In this document: one piece after another, positions 8,033 to 20,390 of the stretch
Layout: every line of letters begins with the position of its first letter
How positions within the stretch are numbered: position 1 is the stretch's first letter
Assembly (NCBI GenBank): GCA_035285125.1
Contig: JAYKHR010000067.1
Location: forward strand, 1-27,376
Length of the DNA: 27,376 nt
Reading direction: 5' to 3'
Origin: Candidatus Sericytochromatia bacterium
Lineage (GTDB): Bacteria > Cyanobacteriota > Sericytochromatia > S15B-MN24 > JAQBPE01
Translations under genes and position numbers: made by a program
Notes under the pieces: model-generated
Told to the model about the DNA's origin: nothing
Databases searched by the model: none
The model's input: only the letters and a program-made list of their open reading frames with translations

Positions 8033-9289
8033 ATGACCCGCCCCACCGAGCTGATTGCAGCGGCAGAGGCCGCACTCGCCCCCGTCTGGGCCGCGCTCGA
8101 CGCCACCGCCCACCACAACACGGCCAAGGTGCTCGACGCCTTCCAGGCCGCGCGCATCGGGGATCACCACTTCGCGGGCACCACCGGCTACGGCCATGAC
8201 GACCTCGGCCGGGGCGCGCTGGAGGCGGTGTTTGCCGACGTCTTCCGCTGCGAGGCGGCCCTCGTTCGCGGCCAGTTCGCCTCGGGCACCCACGCCATCG
8301 CCACGGCCCTTTTCGGCGTGCTGCGGCCCGGCGACGAGCTGCTCGCCGTGACGGGCCACCCCTATGACACGCTCGAGGAGGTCATCGGCCTGCGCGGCGA
8401 GGGCCAGGGCTCGCTGGCGGACTGGGGCGTGACGTACCGGGAGGTGCCGCTCGGGGCTGACGGCCGGCCGGACCTGGCCGCCGTTCGGGCGGCGATCGGG
8501 CCTGCCACCAGGGTCTGTGCCATCCAGCGCTCGCGTGGCTATGCCTGGCGCCCGAGCGTCGGGATGGATGACATGGCCGAGCTCATCGCCGCCATCCGGG
8601 AGGCGAAGTCCGAGGTCGTCGTCTTCGTCGACAACTGCTATGGCGAGTTCACGGAGACGCGTGAGCCCACGGAGGTGGGGGCCGACCTGGTTGCGGGGTC
8701 GCTCATCAAGAACCCGGGGGCAGGCATCGTGCCCTCCGGGGGCTACGTGGCCGGCCGGGCTGATCTCGTCCACGCCTGCGCCTGCCGCTTCACGGCCCCT
8801 GGCATCGGGGCCGCCGGGGGCGCGAGCCTCGACCAGAACCGGCTGCTCTTCCAGGGCCTCTTCATGGCCCCCCACACCGTCTGCGAGGCGCTCAAGGGGG
8901 CCACGCTGGCCGCCCGCGTCTTTGCGGGGCTCGGGTATGACGTCTCACCCACCTGGGACGCGCCCCGCACGGACATCATCCAGGCCGTGAGGTTCGGGGC
9001 GCCTGAGCGCCTCGTCGCCTTCTGCCGCGCCATCCAGGCGGCCAGCCCCATCAACGCCTACGTCACGCCCATCCCTGACGTGGTGCCGGGCTACGAGGAC
9101 GACGTCGTGATGGCGGGTGGCACCTTCATCGAGGGCTCCACCATCGAGCTCTCGGCCGACGGCCCGCTGCGGCCGCCGTACGTGGGGTACTGGCAAGGCG
9201 GGCTGAGCTACAGCCACTGCCGGATCGCCCTGGCGCGGGTGCTGGCCGCACTCGGGGCCGGCCTCACGGCCGACGTGGCGCCGGCATGA
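8033..9289 (+). CDS. methionine gamma-lyase family / aluminium-resistance (YnbB-like) PLP enzyme
   Basis: GAGGA SD and ATG at 8033. Motifs GTTGYGHDDLGR, SGTHAI, IQRSRGY, VDNCYGEF, GSLIKNPG, GSTIELSADGP. It follows hflX as in the Bacillus ynbA(hflX)-ynbB pair. Confidence 0.88.
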   Translation: MTRPTELIAAAEAALAPVWAALDATAHHNTAKVLDAFQAARIGDHHFAGTTGYGHDDLGRGALEAVFADVFRCEAALVRGQFASGTHAIATALFGVLRPGDELLAVTGHPYDTLEEVIGLRGEGQGSLADWGVTYREVPLGADGRPDLAAVRAAIGPATRVCAIQRSRGYAWRPSVGMDDMAELIAAIREAKSEVVVFVDNCYGEFTETREPTEVGADLVAGSLIKNPGAGIVPSGGYVAGRADLVHACACRFTAPGIGAAGGASLDQNRLLFQGLFMAPHTVCEALKGATLAARVFAGLGYDVSPTWDAPRTDIIQAVRFGAPERLVAFCRAIQAASPINAYVTPIPDVVPGYEDDVVMAGGTFIEGSTIELSADGPLRPPYVGYWQGGLSYSHCRIALARVLAALGAGLTADVAPA

Positions 9290-9732
9290 GCGGCCCGGGG
9301 CCCCGCATCCGGGTGGGCGTCGTGCTGCAGGAGGGCGACGCCCTGCTGCTGGTCGAGCACCGCAAGGGTGACCGCGGCTACTGGCTGCTGCCAGGGGGGG
9401 GGCTGGACCACGGCGAGACCTTCTTCGCCTGTGCGGCCCGCGAGGTCCGGGAGGAGACGGGGCTGCTGGTCGAGCCAGAGCGGGTGGTCTACCTGTCCGA
9501 AGCGATCGCGCCCGCTGGCGGCCGTCACATCGTGAACGTCTTCGTCAAGGCAAGGGTCCTGGGGGGCACGCTCACGCTGCCTGACGGCGACATCATCTCG
9601 GCCGCGAGGTGGGTGCCCCTCGGCGAACTGCCGGGCCTCGTGATGTACCCGGCCATTGCAGAGGTGCTGATCGCCTCGGCTGCCACCGGGTTCGACCACG
9701 AGGTGCGCCACCTGGGTGCGATCTGGACCTGA
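9286..9732 (+). CDS. NUDIX hydrolase
   Basis: Nudix box PGGGLDHGETFFACAAREVREETGL. ATGA overlap with the upstream stop suggests translational coupling. Confidence 0.9.
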   Translation: MSGPGPRIRVGVVLQEGDALLLVEHRKGDRGYWLLPGGGLDHGETFFACAAREVREETGLLVEPERVVYLSEAIAPAGGRHIVNVFVKARVLGGTLTLPDGDIISAARWVPLGELPGLVMYPAIAEVLIASAATGFDHEVRHLGAIWT

Positions 9733-9750
9733 GCCCAGCGTCCAAGACCG

Positions 9751-12330
9751 CTACTGGACCTCGACCTCGGCCACGGAGGCGAGGAAGCCGTCGATCCCGT
9801 AGCCGCCGTAGAGCGAGCCTGCGCCCCGCACGCGGTTCGTCTCGGGGATGTCGATGCGGATGTAGCGCGCCGAGACGTCCGGAACGCTGAAGGTGTACCA
9901 GGTCGCCGGCAGCGACGTGAGGTTCTTGAAGCTCTTGAGGTAGACCCAGTTGACCTTGTCGTTGCTGGTGTAGAAGTCGATCGCGCGCGGGAAGGAGTTC
10001 GCGATGATGGGCGGGGCCGACAACAGCTTGATGGTGCGGAAGGCATGGCTGACCTTGAGGTCCACGATCGCGAACTCCCGCGTCATGCCGCCGCGGGGGG
10101 CGGACACCCACATGGTGTTCGGGTCCTTGTCCACCATGTGGGCCGTCGGGTAGCTGGTGCCGTAGTAGGACGTGGAGGAGTTGAGGACAATGTTGTTCTC
10201 CTCCCCGTTGAAGGCCACCTCCGCGATCTGCGCGTAGTACAGTTGGTTGTCGATGTTCTGCCGGCTCTTGGTGACGTTGAACCGCACGTACCGCGCCGTG
10301 GTGGCCGCGATGTTCCAGCGCCGCCAGGTGCTGTCAGGCAGGCTCAGGTCCGTCTCGGTGGCCACCGTCCGCCAGCTGACGTCATCGTCGCTGAGCTGGA
10401 CCTGGAAGCTGGCCGGGAAGAGGTAGCCGTAAAAGCTGGGCGTGAGGGCCGCGATGGACGTGAGGCGGGTCGGCTTGCCGAGGTCGACGCGGAGCCACTG
10501 GGGCTCGAAGCCGCCCGTGCGCGCGGACGACCAGATGGTCTCCGAGTTCCGGTCGTTTGCCATGTCCGCGACGGCCAGGCCGCTGAAGTGCTCGCTGGAG
10601 GTCTTGATGCCCATGCCATCCAGGATCTGGCCGAGCAGGTTGCCGAACGCCGCAGAGTCCATCGTGATGCGCCCGTGCCCGAAGGTGGTGTCATAGCCGA
10701 GGCTGCCCCGGTCAATGGCTGACTTGGAGACCATCTCGCGCACCATAGCGGGCGTCCACGACGGCTTGAGCGCCTTGATCAGGGCAGCCTGGCCGGCGAC
10801 GTGTGCCGCGGCGAACGAGGTGCCGGACACCGTGGCGTAGCTCCCGCCACGCGTGGTCGTCAAAATGCCCTCACCCGGGGCGCACACCGTCATCCAGCCA
10901 CCCGTGTTGCCCCATGACGGGCGGGCGTCCGTGCGGTTGGAGGCCCCCACGGCGAAGAAGTTGAGCTCGTTCGCCCAGGCCGCCGGGTAGTTGGGCACGC
11001 TGTTGCCGTCGTTGCCCATCGGGGCCACGCACGTCACATTGAAGGTCGTCGCGAACTCCATCGCGTCTCGCACGGCAGGGTCGGCGACGCTGCTGGCTTG
11101 CGCCAGCAGGATCACGGAGGCCCGGTTCCGCACGGCGTAGTTGATGCCGTCGACGATCGAGGACGAGGTCGACAGGCCCTCCGAGGTGGCGACCTTGCAG
11201 GGCAACAGCCTGGTCTTGGGGGCGAGGCCCACGATGCCGACGTCGTTTTCGACCGCGCCCACGATGCCCGCAGCCTGCGTGCCGTGGCCGTTGTCGTCCT
11301 CGACGATGCCCGTTTGCTCCAGGCAGTTCCACCCGTTCACGTCGTCGATGCGCCCGTTGTTGTCGTCATCAATGCGGTTGCCCGGCGTCTCCCGGGCGTT
11401 GACGGCCAGGTTCGACGCGAGGTCGGGGTGGGTGGTGTTGATGCCGGTGTCGAGGATCGCCACGATCACGTCGGGGGAGCCGTCCGTGAACGACCAGGCC
11501 GCCTCCGCGTTGACCTGCTTGAGCGCCCACTGCTCCGCGTAGCGTGGATCGACCGGCGTGCCCTTCACGCCGAAGACGGTCTCGCGCGTGACCTGGTCGA
11601 AGACGGTGTGGGCCTTGAGCTGGGTGGAGACGCTGTCGAAGGTCACGTCGGGGCGATGGCAGGCCACCACGTAGTTGAGCCCCGGGTAGCGGTAGTACGT
11701 GATGCCGGCCGCCAGCAAGGCTGCCTCGACGGCGGCGCGGCTCGAGCCCTCGCGGAACCTCACGAGCACCCGCCCGAACACCGTGGAGCCACGAGCATCC
11801 ATGGCCGGCACGCTGTAGATCGTCCGGCCCGCGTCCTGCACCGAGAACGTGCCGCTGGTGGTCGCGCCCGTCACGCTCAGCGTGACTGTGTGGGAGAGCC
11901 GGCGGGTGACGGCGAGCTCGGACGAGCCCAGAAAGAACCGCAGGCTGGCCCGGTTGAGGTTGATGCCCTCCAGCACGAACCCCCGGCCTGCGTTGGGCAT
12001 GACGCTCGTGACCACGACGTTGGCGTTGTCCGCCAGGCGGGTGTTGAGGGAGCCGGCCGTGCCGCCCCCCGCCACCTGCGTCGTCAGCCTGGGCAGCGGC
12101 GCCTCGTCTGGCAGGGCCATCACGAAGTAGCCGTCGCGCTTCGTGCGGTCCAGCGCGATCGCGGGCAACCCCACCGGGGCAGCGAAGCGGCTCTCCTCGC
12201 CCAGCGCGAAGGAGCCGAACGCCCTGGGGCCACTCTGGCAGCCGGCGAGGGCGAGGGCGAGCACGACGCCCGCGACCCCGCGGTGCAGCTGGCTCGCGCG
12301 GGTTTTGGGCGGGTGGACTGGACGGGGCAT
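9751..12330 (-). CDS. lipoprotein S8 (subtilisin-like) serine peptidase with two C-terminal F5/8 type C (discoidin) domains
   Basis: SD AGGAG 7 nt before ATG 12330 and lipobox LAGC. Triad ILDTG, GHGT, SGTSFA; oxyanion MGND. Two repeats of the pattern D...T.W.S...VDL...FP..F....S.D...W...ARY.R. Confidence 0.88.
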   Translation of the reverse strand: MPRPVHPPKTRASQLHRGVAGVVLALALAGCQSGPRAFGSFALGEESRFAAPVGLPAIALDRTKRDGYFVMALPDEAPLPRLTTQVAGGGTAGSLNTRLADNANVVVTSVMPNAGRGFVLEGINLNRASLRFFLGSSELAVTRRLSHTVTLSVTGATTSGTFSVQDAGRTIYSVPAMDARGSTVFGRVLVRFREGSSRAAVEAALLAAGITYYRYPGLNYVVACHRPDVTFDSVSTQLKAHTVFDQVTRETVFGVKGTPVDPRYAEQWALKQVNAEAAWSFTDGSPDVIVAILDTGINTTHPDLASNLAVNARETPGNRIDDDNNGRIDDVNGWNCLEQTGIVEDDNGHGTQAAGIVGAVENDVGIVGLAPKTRLLPCKVATSEGLSTSSSIVDGINYAVRNRASVILLAQASSVADPAVRDAMEFATTFNVTCVAPMGNDGNSVPNYPAAWANELNFFAVGASNRTDARPSWGNTGGWMTVCAPGEGILTTTRGGSYATVSGTSFAAAHVAGQAALIKALKPSWTPAMVREMVSKSAIDRGSLGYDTTFGHGRITMDSAAFGNLLGQILDGMGIKTSSEHFSGLAVADMANDRNSETIWSSARTGGFEPQWLRVDLGKPTRLTSIAALTPSFYGYLFPASFQVQLSDDDVSWRTVATETDLSLPDSTWRRWNIAATTARYVRFNVTKSRQNIDNQLYYAQIAEVAFNGEENNIVLNSSTSYYGTSYPTAHMVDKDPNTMWVSAPRGGMTREFAIVDLKVSHAFRTIKLLSAPPIIANSFPRAIDFYTSNDKVNWVYLKSFKNLTSLPATWYTFSVPDVSARYIRIDIPETNRVRGAGSLYGGYGIDGFLASVAEVEVQ

Positions 12331-12421
12331 CACGCGTCTCCTGTACGACACCGGCCGGCAGTGTCGACCGCATTCAGCGGTGTTATCGGCAGCCTGAGCA
12401 CCTGGCTTGAGCCTTGGCACC

Positions 12422-12430
12422 ACATTAGCA
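12422..12430 (-). promoter_or_regulatory. possible extended -10 for the S8 gene
   Basis: Minus strand reads TGcTAATGT about 90 nt upstream of the start. Confidence 0.35.
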
Positions 12431-12661
12431 GAGCCTCACACGGCAGCCGGGGCAATCCTTTGCCTCGGCCCATGTTATTCCCTCTCGCTTGGCTCGTAAA
12501 CCCTGCCTGTCTGCGTGCCGGCCTTCCAGCTTGGTGCCGCATCGGGCAAGGTCGGGGTTGGCGCCTCCCCCGCTCCTTCGGGCCTCCCCCTGGTTCGCCA
12601 GGGATCGCGCCTCGCGCGCGGTGCGTTTCGAGAGCCTGGGGCTGAGGGGCCGCGGGCGCCG

Positions 12662-12670
12662 TGTTAAGGT
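12662..12670 (+). promoter_or_regulatory. possible extended -10 for the membrane glycosyltransferase-like gene
   Basis: TGtTAAGGT about 55 nt upstream of GTG 12726. Confidence 0.4.
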
Positions 12671-12725
12671 TTTCAAGGCGCGTCGCGTGCGAGCCTGCGC
12701 GGGGGAGCGGAGGCGCTCGAAGGGG

Positions 12726-17614
<4,889 letters not shown>

Positions 17615-17624
17615 GGCATCGTCT

Positions 17625-19499
17625 TCAGGCCCTGCCTGCCGCCACGGCCGGCAGCACGTCTGCGAGCACCTCGAGGGCCAGCGCGATGCGGCCGAAGGGG
17701 GCCGAGACCTGCACGCCCTGGATCACGGGCCGCACCTCGGCGAGCATCTCGCGGGCGATGGCGATGCCCTCGGCGCGCGCGGCGTCACCGTCGCCTGCCT
17801 CGCGCATGCGCGCCAACACGGTGGGAGGCACCGTCACGCCGGGCACCTCGTTGTTCATGAACTCGGCGTTGCGGTAGCTCGTCAGGGGCCAGATCCCTGC
17901 GACGAACGGGATGTCGCAACCCGCGGCGCGGGCCCGCGCCAGGAAGGTCCGCAGCTGGTCGGCATCGAACACGGGCTGGGTGATGGCGAACTGGGCGCCC
18001 GCCTCGACCTTCCACTGCAGCCGGCGCAGCTCATGCTCGAGGTCGATCGCGCCGGGGTTCACGCCCACGCCCACCAGGAACGAGGTCTGGCTCCCCACCG
18101 CGTTGCCGCCGAGGTCCAGGCCCTGGTTCATGCGCTTGACCAGGTTGGTGAGCCCGATCGCGTCGATGTCGAAGACGGCCGTGGCCTGTGGGTAGGGGCC
18201 CATCTTGGGGGGATCGCCCGTGATGAGCAGCAGGTTGCGCAGCCCCAGGGCCGCCGCGCCGAGCAGGTCGCTCTGCATGCCGAGCAGGTTCCGGTCGCGG
18301 CAGCAGTAGTGGACGACGGCCTCGATGCCCTCCCGCTCGATGAGCAGGCTCGCGGCCAGCGCCCCCATGCGGCTCTGGGCCCTGGGGCCGTCCGGCACGT
18401 TGATGGCGTCCACGCCGGCCTCGCGCAGCTGCCGGGCCTGCGCGACGAGGTTGGAGGCGTCGCTGCCACGAGGCGGGACGATCTCGACGCTGGTGACGAA
18501 CTCGCCCGCGGCGAGCCGGGCGGCCAGGCGAGAGCGCTCGGCGAGGGGCGTCTCGGGGGCTGCCTCGGCGGCCCGTGGCTCGCTGGCCTGGGCGCCGCCG
18601 ACCGCCCGCTGCAGCCGGCCACCGGTCTGGGCGCGCAGCGCGTCGCCCATCTGCCGGATGTGGTCGGGGGTGGTGCCGCAGCAGCCGCCCAGGATCTTGG
18701 CGCCGCTCGCGAGCAGGCGCTTCACGTGCTTGGCCATGTACTCGGGGCTGGCCATGTAGATCTGGCGCCCCATGACCTCGCGAGGGAAGCCGGCGTTGGG
18801 CTGGGCTGCGAGCTTGCGGTCGGTGGCCTCCGCCATCGTCTCGAGCACGCCGAGCATCTGGGCGGGGCCCACCGAGCAGTTGAGCCCGATCACGTCTGCC
18901 CCCGCCCGCTCCAGGGCCCGCACCAGCTGCGCTGGCTGCGTGCCGTAGGCCGTCTGCCCGTCCTCGTTGATGCTCATCTGCGCGATCAGGGGCAGGGCCG
19001 ACACCGACCGGATGGCCGCGATCGCCTGGAGGATCTCGGCGAGGTCGGAGAACGTCTCCAGCACGAACATGTCCACGCCCCCCGCCACCAGCGCCACGGC
19101 GGCCTCGCGGTAGGCGGCCTGGGCCTCCTCCATCGAGGTGGGCCCGTAGGGCTCCAGGCGGATGCCCAGCGGGCCGACGGCGCCGGCCACCCACGCCCGC
19201 TCGCCAGCGGCCTCGCGCGCGAGGCGGGCGGCTGCCTCGTTGATGGCGCCCACCTGGTGCGCGAGCCCGTAGTTGCCGAGCTTGAAGCGCGTGGCGCCGA
19301 AGGTGTTGGTCTCGATGACGTCCGCACCCGCCGCCACGTAGGCCTGGTGCACCTCCCGCACGAGCTGGGGCGACTTCAGCACCAGCTCGTCGAAGCACTG
19401 GTTGATGTACACGCCCTGCTGGTACAGCATCGTGCCCATCGCGCCATCGAAGAGGACGACACGGTCGGGATCGAGCAGGAAGTCACGGGCGTCGCGCAC
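17625..19499 (-). CDS. yitJ: bifunctional homocysteine S-methyltransferase / 5,10-methylenetetrahydrofolate reductase (YitJ-like)
   Basis: DGAMGT, ETNTFGA, GLNCSVGP, GGCCGTTPDHI, then an MTHFR domain (SVEIVPP, CRDRN, ITGDPP, ITQPVFD). GTG 19499 lies behind SD GAAAGG; the ORF-track start at 19544 is upstream of the -10. Confidence 0.92.
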   Translation of the reverse strand: MRDARDFLLDPDRVVLFDGAMGTMLYQQGVYINQCFDELVLKSPQLVREVHQAYVAAGADVIETNTFGATRFKLGNYGLAHQVGAINEAAARLAREAAGERAWVAGAVGPLGIRLEPYGPTSMEEAQAAYREAAVALVAGGVDMFVLETFSDLAEILQAIAAIRSVSALPLIAQMSINEDGQTAYGTQPAQLVRALERAGADVIGLNCSVGPAQMLGVLETMAEATDRKLAAQPNAGFPREVMGRQIYMASPEYMAKHVKRLLASGAKILGGCCGTTPDHIRQMGDALRAQTGGRLQRAVGGAQASEPRAAEAAPETPLAERSRLAARLAAGEFVTSVEIVPPRGSDASNLVAQARQLREAGVDAINVPDGPRAQSRMGALAASLLIEREGIEAVVHYCCRDRNLLGMQSDLLGAAALGLRNLLLITGDPPKMGPYPQATAVFDIDAIGLTNLVKRMNQGLDLGGNAVGSQTSFLVGVGVNPGAIDLEHELRRLQWKVEAGAQFAITQPVFDADQLRTFLARARAAGCDIPFVAGIWPLTSYRNAEFMNNEVPGVTVPPTVLARMREAGDGDAARAEGIAIAREMLAEVRPVIQGVQVSAPFGRIALALEVLADVLPAVAAGRA

Positions 19500-19532
19500 G
19501 GGAGGGAGCCTTTCAGCGGGCGGGGGGACCTC

Positions 19533-19538
19533 AGTATA
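19533..19538 (-). promoter_or_regulatory. putative -10 element of yitJ
   Basis: Minus strand cggTATACT, 33 nt upstream of GTG 19499. Confidence 0.55.
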
Positions 19539-19546
19539 CCGCACGC

Positions 19547-19580
19547 CAAAAGGGCTGCCCCACTTGCGGGACAGCCCTTT
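19547..19580 (-). terminator. intrinsic terminator of the zinc-ribbon gene
   Basis: Minus strand AAAGGGCTGTCCC-GCAAGT-GGGGCAGCCCTTTT: 13-bp stem with one G-U pair, ending in a T run, about 20 nt after the stop at 19600. Confidence 0.8.
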
Positions 19581-19599
19581 GCCAGGGTGCTGGCTCAGC

Positions 19600-19983
19600 T
19601 CACTTCTGGAAGCAGGTCCGGCAGTAGACGGGCCGATCGCCGCGCGGCTTGAAGGGGACCTGGGTCTCCTGCCCGCACGCGGCGCAGATCACGCTGTGCA
19701 TCTCGCGCGGCCGGGGCGAGCCGTAGCCGCCACCGCCGTAGCCACCGCCGCTGCCGTAGCCACCGCCCGTGCTGTACCCGCCGCTGTTGTAGCCGCCGCC
19801 GCCGTAGCCGCCACGGCCGTCGTCACCCCCGCGGGGCTGCTGATCCTTGCGCGCATTCCGGCAGGGCTTGCAGCGCTTCGGCACGCTGGTGAACCCCTTC
19901 TGCGCGTAAAACTCCTGATCTTTCGCCGTGAAGGCGAACTCCGTGCCGCAATCCGAGCACGCGAGGACCTGATCGGTGTACAT
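19600..19983 (-). CDS. double zinc-ribbon protein (zf-trcl-like domain + CxxC-x17-CxxC domain) with Gly/Tyr-rich linker, 127 aa
   Basis: SD GAAAGG and ATG at 19983. CSDC...FYAQKGF..PKRCKPC, then CAAC-x17-CRTC (VPFKPRGDRPVYC). Confidence 0.9.
   Translation of the reverse strand: MYTDQVLACSDCGTEFAFTAKDQEFYAQKGFTSVPKRCKPCRNARKDQQPRGGDDGRGGYGGGGYNSGGYSTGGGYGSGGGYGGGGYGSPRPREMHSVICAACGQETQVPFKPRGDRPVYCRTCFQK
19720..19812 (-). repeat. coding low-complexity repeat, six GGY units
   Basis: Degenerate ccgtagccgcc/ccgtagccacc repeats encoding GGYGGGGYNSGGYSTGGGYGSGGGYGGGGYG. Confidence 0.85.
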
Positions 19984-20204
19984 CGACGAACCTTTCTCTT
20001 GGTTGAACCGCCGTGAGCTGGATCCCTTGGGGTGCGTCGCGCCGTCCTGCTCACGGAACCAGGTCGAGGCCACGGGCGCTTCTTCGCGCCTGAGTGGTGA
20101 AGGTTAGTCGAGGTGGGTTCGTCTGTTGAACGTTCGCCCGCAGCCCGCGGCCCGGCGAGAAAATGAATGCGTCGACCCGACGTGACAACTAAACACCGGG
20201 GCCC

Positions 20205-20231
20205 ATTATAGCACATACGGGCAGATGTCAA
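20205..20231 (-). promoter_or_regulatory. strong sigma70-type promoter of the zinc-ribbon gene
   Basis: Minus strand TTGACA-15 nt-TATAAT, with TGTGc extended -10. Confidence 0.75.
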
Positions 20232-20334
20232 GCGCCTGAAACCGGCACGCCGTGTTCATTGGGGGCTTTTTAAAACCTTAATTGAGTCTTAACGGTGATG
20301 TGTCACGCGCCCCCGGTTCCGGGTGGCGAGCGTG

Positions 20335-20340
20335 TACAAT
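20335..20340 (+). promoter_or_regulatory. putative -10 element of metH
   Basis: TACAAT 50 nt upstream of ATG 20391, with an AT-rich tract at about 20248-20292. Confidence 0.5.
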
Positions 20341-20390
20341 CCCAGGTGTACGGCCTGCGGGCCCCGTCTAGCCGCCGAGGTTCTCCTCCG

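Noticed and set aside
12445..12475. c-di-GMP-I riboswitch suggested by GGCAAA
   Set aside because: The GNRA-capped P2 and the downstream GCAAA/P3 elements are missing, and the hairpin lies upstream of the putative -10.
19720..19812. Tandem repeats that might suggest a CRISPR array or VNTR
   Set aside because: Short, degenerate, in-frame Gly-Gly-Tyr codons with no unique spacers and no cas genes.
20232..20390. SAM, SAH or cobalamin riboswitch upstream of metH
   Set aside because: I could not find the conserved cores by eye, and the leader after the -10 is too short. An Rfam scan would be decisive.
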